Source: Nemertoderma westbladi
Lineage: Eukaryota; Animalia; Xenacoelomorpha
NCBI GenBank assembly: GCA_032718475.1
Contig: JAUCBJ010007162.1
Location: 1-64,000 of the forward strand
Direction: 5' to 3'
Length of the DNA: 64,000 nt
Positions 13,151-24,332 of the stretch are shown here, in pieces. The notes below the pieces were generated by a model. It searched no databases, was not told the origin of the DNA, and saw only the letters and a program-made list of their open reading frames with translations. Numbering within the stretch: position 1 is the stretch's first letter; each line of letters begins with the position of its first letter. The position numbers and the translations under genes were made by a program.

Positions 13151-14822
13151 ATGACGACTCAATATATAATCTTGATACACAGCGATAACGACTCTCGGAG
13201 GAATATAACCGGAGTAGCAAAAACATTTATGGATAACCGTCGCCTCGTCCACTGGAACTTGGATGTAGCCCTCATTGAAGATGATTTCAGATATGTCGAA
13301 CAAACACAAATATACGTGACACGCCCAGTTATGAATTTATAAGAGTAGTGTGTGGAGAACCCGGTTCATTGGATACTTCATGGACACCAGTAGAACTGAC
13401 CACCGAAGTGGCTAATGCTGAATGGTTACATACAGTAAATGCTATTCACAGCTACGGTGTTATGATCTACGAAAATGAAGGCTCAATACCGGATCCTGAG
13501 CTCGGTTCAACTCGGTTGATTCATATCCGCGGCCTCATTGGAGCCACGCGCGTTTTTACGTGTACTTGTCACGGCACCAACAGCGTTTTCCCAGCCTTGA
13601 CCACCTATCAACGCCGTGCGAGACATCAACAATTTGTTAAAGCGGAGGCTTATGTCAATGACACGCACCGACACCCGGCCACGGGAATAGACGCAGCTTT
13701 ATTGACACAACCCGTACTGGACATTCTCTTAGACGAATCAGTTTATAAGCTCGGTTAAGCCATATATCGAGATTTGACAGACGATTTCCCTATCGCCCAT
13801 GATATACCATATCCCTTTGTTGACACCCAAGTCATCCTTCCTTGGGCGCAACCCCGTGGCTTCTTCCGGGATATGTATCGATGGAACACTAATGATACGT
13901 ATAGCAGAGTTGACCATACATCCTCTTGCCACATTGCGTTTCAAGAGTATGGTTGGACTTGGAACTTTAAGGAAACCGATCGCAAGACGTATTCCAAAGT
14001 TTATGGTGATTCATATTCGCCTTATTACTTTCAAGGACCACTCACCGCCCCTGGCGCTGTATATAGCTTTATGAGTGTCCCCTTGCGCCCCTCGCTAGCA
14101 ATGTACCTCATATTCGAGAACCAAGCATTATTAAGATGGCTTGCAGATGTCTGTAGCTGCGTGCTGAGACGCACCCATTGCTGTTGGGAACCCAACTCGC
14201 CAAACTCGATGAACTTGGTAAATTCCTGAACTTCAAATGCTTTTGGCGTTTCTTAACCCCCTTCGCCAACATTGACAGTCAGTTCCGTGTGAAATCACTG
14301 TCTCAGCAAGAGCTACATCGCTCCGCAGCGGATGAGCTAGCCAGCGGTGGCTTTGCTATATTCCGAGACGTATGTATTTCCAATCTCCATCAATCAGTGA
14401 TCGAGAAACCCATTATCAAACCTGGTTTCTCGGTTGGACAAATACAGACTGACGTTATGGACGCCCCCGACCAATAGGAGGAACCAATCCACCTAGAAGC
14501 GACCTCAGTAGCCGCCTCTGTCATGCTTATCCGATTTGGTGTCGTAATCCAAACCATCGCCTCCGGACCAGTGCAGGCTGCTGTGTGGAAGCGCTTAGCT
14601 GTTCCTCTGGTATTAGAGATCCGTCAACTGGCTGTCGACTCGGGCGCAACGAGACCCATTGAGTTCCTATCCTTGCCTAGTACCTCCACCGGGACATATG
14701 GCAACTGTCCGACTTCACTGACACCAGACACGGTAGATATCCACCCTGGTCCCAACGAGATGCTTTCAAGCAATGACGAGATGTTACCCAGGCCTCAAAT
14801 GCCTGCGAGGAAGAGGAAATGA
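13151..14822 (+). pseudogene. Element A accessory ORF (~550 codons, disrupted), homologous to the element B 650-aa ORF
   Basis: Consecutive ORFs 13151..13342, 13348..13758, 13774..14229, 14178..14477 and 14523..14822 are joined by two in-frame stops and two frameshifts. Motif blocks align with ORF 16249..18201. It ends in basic PARKRK. Confidence 0.7.
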
Positions 14823-14955
14823 CTATTTATGCGAAGTACACCTAATGCATACCAAGCGGAAGCGATAATATAAGATTACTACCAGTTAGCCTGTCAATCT
14901 TTATAAAATCACTGTACTCGTTCGTCAACCGTTAAGTATGTTATAAAACTATCAT

Positions 14956-16222
14956 TGTTCGCGCTTTCGAAGACCTTTAGCAGTTTAACCTGCCAAAATT
15001 TATATGTCTTTTCGTTAATTAAAACCACTTTAGCATACGACAATAATTTATGCTAATACGCAAAACATTAGCCGAAGTCAGCCCATGCGCGATCATTCAC
15101 CCGATGGATCTACACCCGGGAGACTGAATTCGGATGCTTGAATTGTATTATTACAGTGTAAGGTTGCAGTGTATACCTAATGTATTATTCGATAGATCGT
15201 TAATAATTAATCTCTGACAGATATTATTGGCTTTCGGGAAATATTAACAGTTCCTTTAGGACGTGGCGCTTTATCTATTTAAACAGAACTAAGACTTATA
15301 CTAAACGCAACGATACTGCTTATGATTAAAGTATAAAACGTATTCTTTAGGAAATACTTTGTTACCAATCACAATCATACACACTATTCTGCCGACAGTC
15401 AGTACATTTGATCACACATAAAGAGAGCAGTAATTGACTCACGTAGGGTCTGCTAAATAACATTGGATTCAATACACACCACATTAATATAAATCGCAAT
15501 TGTTATATATAGCCGGTCTCTCTAACCTGTAGTGTTATCAAGAAAATTGGGAATTGGGTGATTTATCCGTATTATCCAAATAGCAATATTTCCATCAACA
15601 AATATTTACAATTAATAACTGACGGTAAAATAACAGTACAAACAATATGATTAATGAGTTAGGTTAGATGATTGATTTAAGTCAGATTTGATGAGTATGT
15701 TAATTAAGATTGATCAATTAGGTAACAGTTTATACTTTCGATAATTCAAGCAGTTTACGGTACAGCAGTATCTATCCAAAAATGCCGGTGTTTCTGGCTT
15801 AGACAGCAATAACAACAAAGTAACAAGAAAAAACAGTAAGACTGAACACTCTCCTTATGATCGGCAGAAAAGCTACACGTCGACAGGAAAAACCGCCCTG
15901 ATTGGCCCAAGCCAAACAAAGAACCACGCGTCCAATGGCTGTTTCCATGTCAGCAACCAGCTGCTAGATGTCGTAATATGAATCATCACGGCTAAGCTGT
16001 GAAAGGTGGTTGGTGCATTACAAGTTTTTTTGTCTTACCATGTCCGCTAAAACACGTATATAGCAGAATGATTTTTATGTCCGTTAAAACACCTGTAAAG
16101 GTACCTTGCGGGCGAGGGGAATATATATACAGTTAGAAAACCCTTTTTAGAGTATTCCAGCGCCTGGGGGGGAACTGGCCAGCATAGGCAAACGTATCAG
16201 TTATCCCACAAAAGCTTTTACA
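14956..16222 (-). repeat. Element B 3' LTR
   Basis: Direct repeat of 26700-27966; plus strand reads TGTTCGCG...TTTTACA. Confidence 0.97.
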
Positions 16223-16248
16223 CCGCTCCCAGAAAATGGGATTTAAGT

Positions 16249-18201
16249 CTATAAAATATACAAAATCACAGTTTCTAAAATATAAAAATACTCTAAACAG
16301 TTAGTCTTTCTTGCGCGGACGGCGTTTACGCAGTTTTTTAAAGCTAGCAAGAGTCCTTTTCTCTTTGGGGCGAGCCACTTTACGAGGAGGGCTATAACTC
16401 CTGGGTGAAGGGTGCAATATGATTGCATCAGAAGGTATGGGATTGCGATCTGTATATCCGGTTTTACCATATAATATTGAGTCAGATTAACATAATAAGA
16501 GTGATCTTTAATTCCATAAAAAGAGTTCTGTAAAGGTCTAGCGCGTATGTTGACCTCGTGTACCATACGACGGACAAGATCCGCTCGATTGTCCGGAGGT
16601 TCAACGAGTATACCGTCAACTCGAGCGGCCTCGATTGGCGGACGCTGTAACATAGGAGCGTCAGCGATAAGATTTTGCGATCTTATGCTGATATCAACCG
16701 GTTGGGGTTGTATCTTTGCGAAAAGTTTATCTCCGAAATGCGGAACCATCGAGGGATGACGGACGGTTTTAGAGTAGAGATCGGTTATGAGTATCTGAGT
16801 TTCGGGTTGGGCTAAAGCGGCTTCTTCCCTCTCATCCATTTCCGTATGCCTCTCCTCCAGTTGATTCTCCTCCGCTTGTTTCTGCAAGCGTTCTTCCAGA
16901 AACTCCTGTAGAGAATACGTACGTCCAAGCTCGATGTCCTCTTCGAGGTTTTGGATTTCTCTATCAAACTGCGGCAAGGCTAGCTCTTTTACCGATTGGA
17001 CCTGCTGCTGTAATTTACGTTTCTCTAGAAAATCCTGGGTTCCCTTTCCGATTTTCTGTCGGATGGCGTCTAGAGCGTTTCTAATGACACTCTCCTCGAC
17101 TTCCGTGGCAGGTTGTATCGGCGTTAATCCTGGCCGGTTGTAAGGATTAAAAGGCGAGGTTAGATGTCCGCGTCCCAATCCGGTTAAATAGGATGGTCGA
17201 ATATCTAACGAACCTACCGCCGGAGCACCACCGATTAGCTGCTCGGGTAACACCAAATCCTTGAACAGTGAGTATAATTCGGGAGGATCTGTGATACTGT
17301 TAGGATCAAGAGTTTGAGGTCTCACGGGGAAATGGGGAGGTCTGACCGAGTATTCCGGAACTCTGATCATGGGTTTATTTAGCGATCGTTTTAAACGGGC
17401 GATCGCAGGGGATACGTCGAACAGGTTTCGCTCGAAACTCCCGTAAGTATAACGCGTAAAACTGTGTTTAGCACAACGTCTCCGCGGATGTTTATGTCTT
17501 TCCGTTTGCTGGTTAGGTCTAGGACATGAGTCACAATAATACCAAAGACGTACGTCCTGCAGAGGAAACGCGGGTGATCGTTCTCCAGTTTTGCAATACT
17601 CTTCCATTTGTTCAAAACTGTCCGGGACAACAGGTAGTGGACGATCTGCGGTAAGATACATCATGGTGAAATAGAGTCGTTTGAGTTCTACCATGGGATC
17701 GTGATGGATACCTTGAGGATATCGAGTCTCTAAGTTCTGTTGACTGGCAATATTGAGATAGGTTTCCCGCAAAAATTCCACGTAGTCGTTGAAGTTGATA
17801 CGCTTATCGGGTTCTTCAACGTTTTCTCTGTCGAGTAGGTTGCGGATAGAGTTCTCGTGTTCTATTCTCAGTTTATCATTACGATTCCTCTGAGTATGAT
17901 ATTGGAATAAAACCATTTCTCTTTCGGTTTCTACATCATCGGTATCATGTAAATCGGTAGGATGACCGGTAGTTAAGAAGTCCATATACGTACCATTACG
18001 ATTCGTATAGCGAGCGGTGAATTTTCTATAGTCCGCTTCGCGCGTAAGTTGTTCCTGGGACATCGGCGGTTCGATATAACGACCATCGTCCTCCGTAATA
18101 GTCGGATCAGCTTCACAGCGTATCAAGCTATCCACAAACGCTTGTAAAGGTAGAGTATATCGTTCTCTAATACCAAGGTCATCTTCGATCAATTCCGTCA
18201 T
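16249..18201 (-). CDS. Element B accessory protein (650 aa, unknown function) in the env position
   Basis: Uninterrupted 1953-bp ORF on the gag strand, ending 26 bp before the 3' LTR. No signal peptide or clear TM segment seen. It has a Cys/His cluster (CDSC...HKH...CAKH), a Pro-rich middle and a Glu/Gln-rich coiled-coil-like stretch. Confidence 0.85.
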   Translation of the reverse strand: MTELIEDDLGIRERYTLPLQAFVDSLIRCEADPTITEDDGRYIEPPMSQEQLTREADYRKFTARYTNRNGTYMDFLTTGHPTDLHDTDDVETEREMVLFQYHTQRNRNDKLRIEHENSIRNLLDRENVEEPDKRINFNDYVEFLRETYLNIASQQNLETRYPQGIHHDPMVELKRLYFTMMYLTADRPLPVVPDSFEQMEEYCKTGERSPAFPLQDVRLWYYCDSCPRPNQQTERHKHPRRRCAKHSFTRYTYGSFERNLFDVSPAIARLKRSLNKPMIRVPEYSVRPPHFPVRPQTLDPNSITDPPELYSLFKDLVLPEQLIGGAPAVGSLDIRPSYLTGLGRGHLTSPFNPYNRPGLTPIQPATEVEESVIRNALDAIRQKIGKGTQDFLEKRKLQQQVQSVKELALPQFDREIQNLEEDIELGRTYSLQEFLEERLQKQAEENQLEERHTEMDEREEAALAQPETQILITDLYSKTVRHPSMVPHFGDKLFAKIQPQPVDISIRSQNLIADAPMLQRPPIEAARVDGILVEPPDNRADLVRRMVHEVNIRARPLQNSFYGIKDHSYYVNLTQYYMVKPDIQIAIPYLLMQSYCTLHPGVIALLVKWLAPKRKGLLLALKNCVNAVRARKTNCLEYFYILETVILYIL

Positions 18202-19661
18202 ATCCGCTATCTGAGTTTATTAATATCAATATAAGTTAATATTTTAGGCAAGCGGGCGTCGCTTCCTACTATGCTTTTTGCCCCCGGACAGTGGGTTTCT
18301 CAGCGCCGATGTACCGCTGTCGCAGTGTTTACGCCAACATGTAGCACAGCACGACAACGATAACCGGCACAAGTCCCACCACTGTCCGTCCCAAAGGCTT
18401 GAATCCACTTGAGGTTATCTCGGTAGAGTTAGGGCTATTTTACAATTGCGATTAGCTACTGTAAACACACTTTAGTAGTAACATTCACCTATAAACGCAC
18501 AAATTCCATACAATCATTACTTACTGCACACATGCATACCATTTGTCCGTTAGTCAGTGTCTTCCAGAATGTCACGTTATTACTATGTATCCTTGGATAC
18601 TAATAGTGCGCTATGTATACTCTTATGCTACGCAATGGGGCAAGCTTTTTATTGTTCTTTTAACTTGCTTCTAATTCTAGCGTGGGTGTTGCCATGGTGA
18701 CATTATGGAAAACTAGCGGTAGAATTAGGGCAATCCTCATGCATACAGATCTGGGATGTTATTTAATAGTAATTCTTTAATTGTCAATATCCTCTTTATG
18801 CATGATTTTATAAATTTTATCGGCTATTGACTATATGTTGGAGATTCTCACACTCTAGCACACTCAATATGAATCTCCGCTCCCATGATCTATTAATTAC
18901 TGGAATTTTGGGAATGTTATAAATTGCACAAAATGACAATTTATGAAATTCATTCGAATATGAATTTAAATTTATTCCCGTGAATTTTATTATTTGATAT
19001 TAAATTGACATAAATTTTATTCCAGAGCATATCTGGGAACTCAGGATCCTTAATTCTGTAAAAGTTGTCTTTTAAGAATATCGGTAGGTGCCACGATATC
19101 TTAATCGACTAGAATTACAGATGGTCAAAAGTTTAACAGATTTATTTGCGATTTACGCTACTGTTAGAGGGACATCACGCTACTATATGTATTATTTGTT
19201 ATAAGGTAGAAGAGCAATATCGCACGAAGCAATGTCAGTGTGAAGAGGCAAGTCGTTTCCAAGGTCTACCCAGAGCTTGGTTTAGCCGAGACACGAGGAT
19301 CTGAACTTTGCATTCCTAATACTCTGCCTATCAATAATACTTAAATATAGTAGTGGCTTTATTGTACTTTAAGAAGTACGGACATTTCATCTTACTATAG
19401 TCTCGCATTTATAATATAATACGGACAGTAAGGAAAGAGAAAATAATTACTTCTTGCCGTCGCACTAAATATATATTATAAGTAATTATGTACGTAATAA
19501 ACACTAATATATTGCACTAATTTACTAAATATTCTAAACTAACATTCTACTAAATAAAATTAAAGAAAACGATTATAATAAAATTACATAATAATACATA
19601 CATAAATATAAAATAAAAACAAATATAAAATGATATAGTCACACGCCCACTCCATATGTTA

Positions 19662-22600
19662 TTACGTTATGGAGTCCCTAGATATTTGTCGGATTAGGGA
19701 AGTGGTCGTAGGAAGAGTATCTTGCCTTCCATAGTTTCCGGACAGTTTTCGGTCTCTTTCCAGTAAACATAAACGACTAGCTGGGCGATTGAGTGGTTGT
19801 GTTAGTTTCTCCGCTCCCTTGGCCTGTCTACTCTCCGCCGTGGTAAGATGAGGAGGCCATTCTTCTTCTTCTTTACTTAAGAAGTCGGATCCACCTAACC
19901 AGCCTGGAGTATCTATCAGTTCTTGAGGAGTTGCTCCTCTGGAAGCGATGTCGGCTGGATTAATCGTCCCAAGGCAATGTCTCCATTGATCTACATTGGA
20001 GTTAATATCGTCATTATCTGAGGAGTATGGTGTTCCCTCAGTTGGGTCGTCCACATCACTGCTCTCCACTTCCCCCTTTACTTGGTATACCTGTTGTTGA
20101 GGTAATCTCTCTTTGAGAGTTCTACGGGAAGGGCCAGTGAAGTACCAACCTACTCTAGTTCTTACCGCATAGGTTTGTAGTGGCTGTGGTTGAGCAGGCC
20201 GTTTCTCTAATGGCTCGAGCGCCTCATGCGCGTTTTGGCCGATGAGGATTTGCACTCCAGGATAATCGGTTTGGAATCGAGGTATCTCAAGATGTTGGAT
20301 GCTCTCGTCCTCGTCCCAGTTATAAGGTGCTACTTGGGTAGTAGCGAAGTTCTTTATTGCTACCATTTTTACTGACCTTATACTTTGTTCTCCTAATTTA
20401 TCCTGTGGGGTGGACAACGCACCTATATAGTAATCTGCCGTTAGGGTAGATTTCCAAACCTGTATAATTCCTGACATATTCAATTTAGTCCGGAACTTGG
20501 GTTGTCCAGCAAAGATATCTTCGGCTAGTTCTTGATCGATGAATGTTCCTGTGCTGCCGGAGTCAAGTAGGGCGTTCACTATGTAACTCTTGTTGAGACC
20601 ATGAACTCTCACTTGCACTACAGGAAATTCTCTTATTCCTATGTTGGAAGTTGGAACTTTCCAAGATGGTTGTTTGTCAAAAGGAGTTGGAGTAAACTCG
20701 TCAGTGTCCTTTTCATCCGTAAGTGCTCGATACACTGTGGTATTTATTAGATAACAGGATTCGTTGGCATCGGAGAATTCGTCTGTATAGAATCCTTCCC
20801 ACTCAGAACCTTGGTCAGTGTCGTTCACATCACTGAATTGGACATGTAGTTCGGGCTCACTTACCTGACTCGGGTTGTCTCGTTCGAACTCACTGTGTAA
20901 CAAGATGTGATGTTTCGCGCCACACTTTGCACACTTTACGTCGGAGTAACAGGTTCGCCGTTGGTGTCCTGATCTGAGGCAATTATAGCATAACCGCTTA
21001 TTCCACAGGACTGTACGTCTGTCTACAGGGGATTTCTTTAGAAATTCAGCACACGCACTCAAACGGTGGGGCCTGTCGCACAGCGCACATTTTGGTTTGA
21101 TGTTACTCACCTTAACTTGGTTAACGTTATGCACTCTCGTTCTTTCTTCGGGCTTTCTTCCGTGAATTCTCTTAGGAGACGTAGGAGGAGTTGTTGTTAC
21201 CTGTTCTCTCCTGTCACTGGTTCGAGACTTGTATTTACTTACGTCTTTATAGGTCTTGTTGTCATAGTAAGATTTTGCTGTGTCTTTCCCGCTGTCCTCT
21301 TCTTGAGAAGCTTGGCTCTCGCCGTCGTCAGTATAACACACTGGTATTATCCTTCTCCTAGAATCGGGTTTCTCACTTACCTTATTTTCCGATGTTTTCT
21401 CTCTGGCCTGCCTTATGAGTTGTAATTTTACTTCACTATCTAAGAAAGACATGAGATCAGCCATGGTAGGACTTCGTCGTTGTTGTTCATTCATGTACAA
21501 CACTTTCTTGTCCCAGCGTGTACATACTCCACCCTTTGGTAAAGTAGAGACTACGGCTCCAATAACCATGGAACTCTGGTATTCGTGCGACTTACCTAAC
21601 CAGTCCAGTTGTCTACAGATCTCTTGTATTTCATCGGAAAATTCTATAATCCCACTACTAAGGAAGTGTCGGGGGGCTACTAACTTTGTATACAAATACT
21701 TAGCTATGTTATCCTTGTTACCATACCTGATGTTTAATGTATCCCAAACTTGTCTTAATCCATCTGGATGTCCAATAAACTTTAACGCCATTAACTTGGG
21801 AGGTCCTTCCAAGCACTTGATGAGGAATCTAAGTTTCTCTCCGTTAGATAGTACAGAGTTCTGTATGCTATCTTTGTAATATTCGTTGAAAGGTAACCAT
21901 TTCATCTCATCTCCATTGAATTTGATGATCTCTCCCACTTTGACCGCTTGGCGGGCTTCGGTTCTAGCCATCTGACGCGTAAAGCTTTCTTGGGCCATCG
22001 TGTTATTTAATATCGAATTATCGGTATACAAATTTCTCGGATCATTATCAGGTCTATAGGGAATATCATTAATAACAGGTCTATAATCACCCTTAATAGG
22101 GTTTGCTATAGGAGTTTCAACTTCACTAGCAGTATATATGCGTGTAGGCTCCACACCTTGCGCATGTGATACTTCAGACCTAACGGGTTGACTCAATGTT
22201 ACCAGGGGCATTGGTATGCCTTTTTGTATATTGACTAATTTGTCGCGTTCTAGCGCGATACTTTGCTGCACTTCTTGCAACTCTGCTCTACTTTCCCTCA
22301 CCGTTCCCTTAAGTTGGTGGACAGTCTCCTGCATCTGTCCTAGCAGAAGATTCATCCCCCGCCGTCCCTCTTCCACCCACTCAACCGCTGAAGCGGGAGT
22401 CGCCAACATAGTAGCGGGCTGACGCGGGACGACGGGAGACAAATTATTGATTTCTCTCTCTGCTATCTGGACAGGGGTGTTTGCATGGGCTGTTCCACCG
22501 GGTACAGGCAGTGTAGTGCTATGTAAAGGGAATTTAGAGTTAAGCTCTGGAAGTGTAGGGGTCTCTAGCACAGAAGTGACTTTGGGAATTACAGGCCTAA

Positions 22601-24332
22601 TTATTTCAGGTTCATCGACTATAGTAGGGAGTCTTTTGACCTGGATAAATTGTTCTATAGGTTCTGCCCTACCTAAATCTGTGCTAGTTAGCTGTCTTTT
22701 AACAGCTGGGGGCAAATCAGGCAATTTACGACGGTAATATGTTTTTCTACGCCTACTTAGATGAGATCTATCTCCTCCGCCTTCAGGGTCTGTAGTATCG
22801 CCTTCCTCCGATGATGTGTACCCTTGGCGCTTGGGAGTAGATTTTCTCATCATCTGCATCTGATTAGCAGTATACTGTTTATTTATACTGTCTTGTGTCT
22901 CTTGCAGATTTTCCAACTCCAGTTGGGTAGTCTGCTCAGATGCTCTCCTTTCTACTTCTGCCACTGCCTTCGCTGCCTTTCTTTCGGCTTCTGCTTCTTT
23001 TCTTTTGGCTTCTGCTTCTTTTCTTTCTGCTTCTGCTTCCGCTGCTCTTGCCTTTCTTTCGGCTTCTGCTTCCTTTCTTTCGGCTTCTGCATCCTTTCTT
23101 TCGGCTTCTGCATCTGCCATAACCGCCGCCATATCCGCCGCCTTTTGTTCCTCTATCCTTCTTTTCTTTATTTGTTCTTCTCGGACTCTAGTGAGGCGGA
23201 GTTTTTCATCACATTCAGCTTGGTTTGCAGCTAACATTTCGGCATCGATTGAGTCTAACACAAGCTTGGTTCCTTCACTATTAGGGGAAAGTCCATGTAG
23301 CCGTCTCCTCAACTCTTCGTCTCCTAGGAATCGCTGATAGTCTGACAAATAAATGTCGATAGCGTCTCTAGTTCGCGGTTTCTCGGCGGCCTCTTCGCTT
23401 TCCTCTTGAGCAAGGGTGACATCAGTTTGTTCGGAGACATCAGTCGGTTCCTCATAGATTGATCTCTCAGCCAGCTGGGATTTCCACGGGGCTGTTTCCT
23501 GTACTTTGAGATCTACTCGATGTAGCCAAGTTTTGACAGCAACCTGCAGCGACGTGTCCTGTCTTCTTTTGGAAGTTTCCTCAAAGGCTGAGAGGATTAG
23601 TCGAATGCGTAGGGTTCTTTCGCGTATTTGATATAGCAGTTCTTCCTGCTCTTGAGGTCCGTGAGGTTGTCGAAACAGTTGTTCCTCCAATCGCTCCAAG
23701 GATCCGAAGAATCCCTGCACATATCCTGCTGCCGACCTCTTCCAAACAGCTGGATCCATTGTATCTTTTGCCACTCCCATCCTGTGTATATCTTCCCAAG
23801 TAGCCTCGGACATATCAAACGGAAGTCCGAGTCCGGGAAAGTTCCATTGTGATTCAACAATAGATCTCAATTCTTCCCTGGCGTATCCCGCGTAATTATC
23901 TTGGGTCGATTGCTTATTCTTCGTCCAGTCGGTTTGATGTTCTTCCACCGCAATGAGTATAGTAGTCAGCACTGCAGCAGGAAGAGTAAGAAGGGGGTCC
24001 GAGTAGACTGTATCAGCCATCTGCACTCCATGTTCGGGAGTCAACTCTACAGTGTCCGAACTGCTGGAGCTATCAGGTCTCTGGGAAGTAGGTTCTTGAC
24101 CAAGATGTTGCTGCGATAGGACAGCTGCCTCTTGGTCCCGTTTTACCTGTGCCTGAGTGCCTATGATGGACCTATGGTGGACTAGCCTAGGGTCTGATAC
24201 TACTGGAGGGATGACCTTTTTTACAGTAGGAGGTGAGCCGAACTTCTCTATTATTCGCTCCACTCTCCTATCTGAATCACAGATAGTGGTCTCGATCAGA
24301 CTGTCCGACAGGTTTTGCTGAGTGTCAGACAT
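19662..24332 (-). CDS. gag: Element B Gag-aspartic protease polyprotein (1556 aa), lacking RT, most of RNase H, and integrase
   Basis: Coiled coil with AEAERKE repeats, BEL/Pao Gag core (IIKFNGDEMKWLPF...EKLRFLIKCLEGPP), three knuckles (CALCDRPHRLSAC, CYNCLRSGHQRRTC, CAKCGAKHHILLH) and protease ALLDSGS. It then goes straight to the BEL RNase H-end signature WRHCLGTINPADIASRG...WP. Confidence 0.95.
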   Translation of the reverse strand: MSDTQQNLSDSLIETTICDSDRRVERIIEKFGSPPTVKKVIPPVVSDPRLVHHRSIIGTQAQVKRDQEAAVLSQQHLGQEPTSQRPDSSSSSDTVELTPEHGVQMADTVYSDPLLTLPAAVLTTILIAVEEHQTDWTKNKQSTQDNYAGYAREELRSIVESQWNFPGLGLPFDMSEATWEDIHRMGVAKDTMDPAVWKRSAAGYVQGFFGSLERLEEQLFRQPHGPQEQEELLYQIRERTLRIRLILSAFEETSKRRQDTSLQVAVKTWLHRVDLKVQETAPWKSQLAERSIYEEPTDVSEQTDVTLAQEESEEAAEKPRTRDAIDIYLSDYQRFLGDEELRRRLHGLSPNSEGTKLVLDSIDAEMLAANQAECDEKLRLTRVREEQIKKRRIEEQKAADMAAVMADAEAERKDAEAERKEAEAERKARAAEAEAERKEAEAKRKEAEAERKAAKAVAEVERRASEQTTQLELENLQETQDSINKQYTANQMQMMRKSTPKRQGYTSSEEGDTTDPEGGGDRSHLSRRRKTYYRRKLPDLPPAVKRQLTSTDLGRAEPIEQFIQVKRLPTIVDEPEIIRPVIPKVTSVLETPTLPELNSKFPLHSTTLPVPGGTAHANTPVQIAEREINNLSPVVPRQPATMLATPASAVEWVEEGRRGMNLLLGQMQETVHQLKGTVRESRAELQEVQQSIALERDKLVNIQKGIPMPLVTLSQPVRSEVSHAQGVEPTRIYTASEVETPIANPIKGDYRPVINDIPYRPDNDPRNLYTDNSILNNTMAQESFTRQMARTEARQAVKVGEIIKFNGDEMKWLPFNEYYKDSIQNSVLSNGEKLRFLIKCLEGPPKLMALKFIGHPDGLRQVWDTLNIRYGNKDNIAKYLYTKLVAPRHFLSSGIIEFSDEIQEICRQLDWLGKSHEYQSSMVIGAVVSTLPKGGVCTRWDKKVLYMNEQQRRSPTMADLMSFLDSEVKLQLIRQAREKTSENKVSEKPDSRRRIIPVCYTDDGESQASQEEDSGKDTAKSYYDNKTYKDVSKYKSRTSDRREQVTTTPPTSPKRIHGRKPEERTRVHNVNQVKVSNIKPKCALCDRPHRLSACAEFLKKSPVDRRTVLWNKRLCYNCLRSGHQRRTCYSDVKCAKCGAKHHILLHSEFERDNPSQVSEPELHVQFSDVNDTDQGSEWEGFYTDEFSDANESCYLINTTVYRALTDEKDTDEFTPTPFDKQPSWKVPTSNIGIREFPVVQVRVHGLNKSYIVNALLDSGSTGTFIDQELAEDIFAGQPKFRTKLNMSGIIQVWKSTLTADYYIGALSTPQDKLGEQSIRSVKMVAIKNFATTQVAPYNWDEDESIQHLEIPRFQTDYPGVQILIGQNAHEALEPLEKRPAQPQPLQTYAVRTRVGWYFTGPSRRTLKERLPQQQVYQVKGEVESSDVDDPTEGTPYSSDNDDINSNVDQWRHCLGTINPADIASRGATPQELIDTPGWLGGSDFLSKEEEEWPPHLTTAESRQAKGAEKLTQPLNRPASRLCLLERDRKLSGNYGRQDTLPTTTSLIRQISRDSIT

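Noticed and set aside
16249-18201. Envelope glycoprotein call for the accessory ORF
   Set aside because: No signal peptide, fusion peptide or convincing TM anchor was seen; only the position is env-like.
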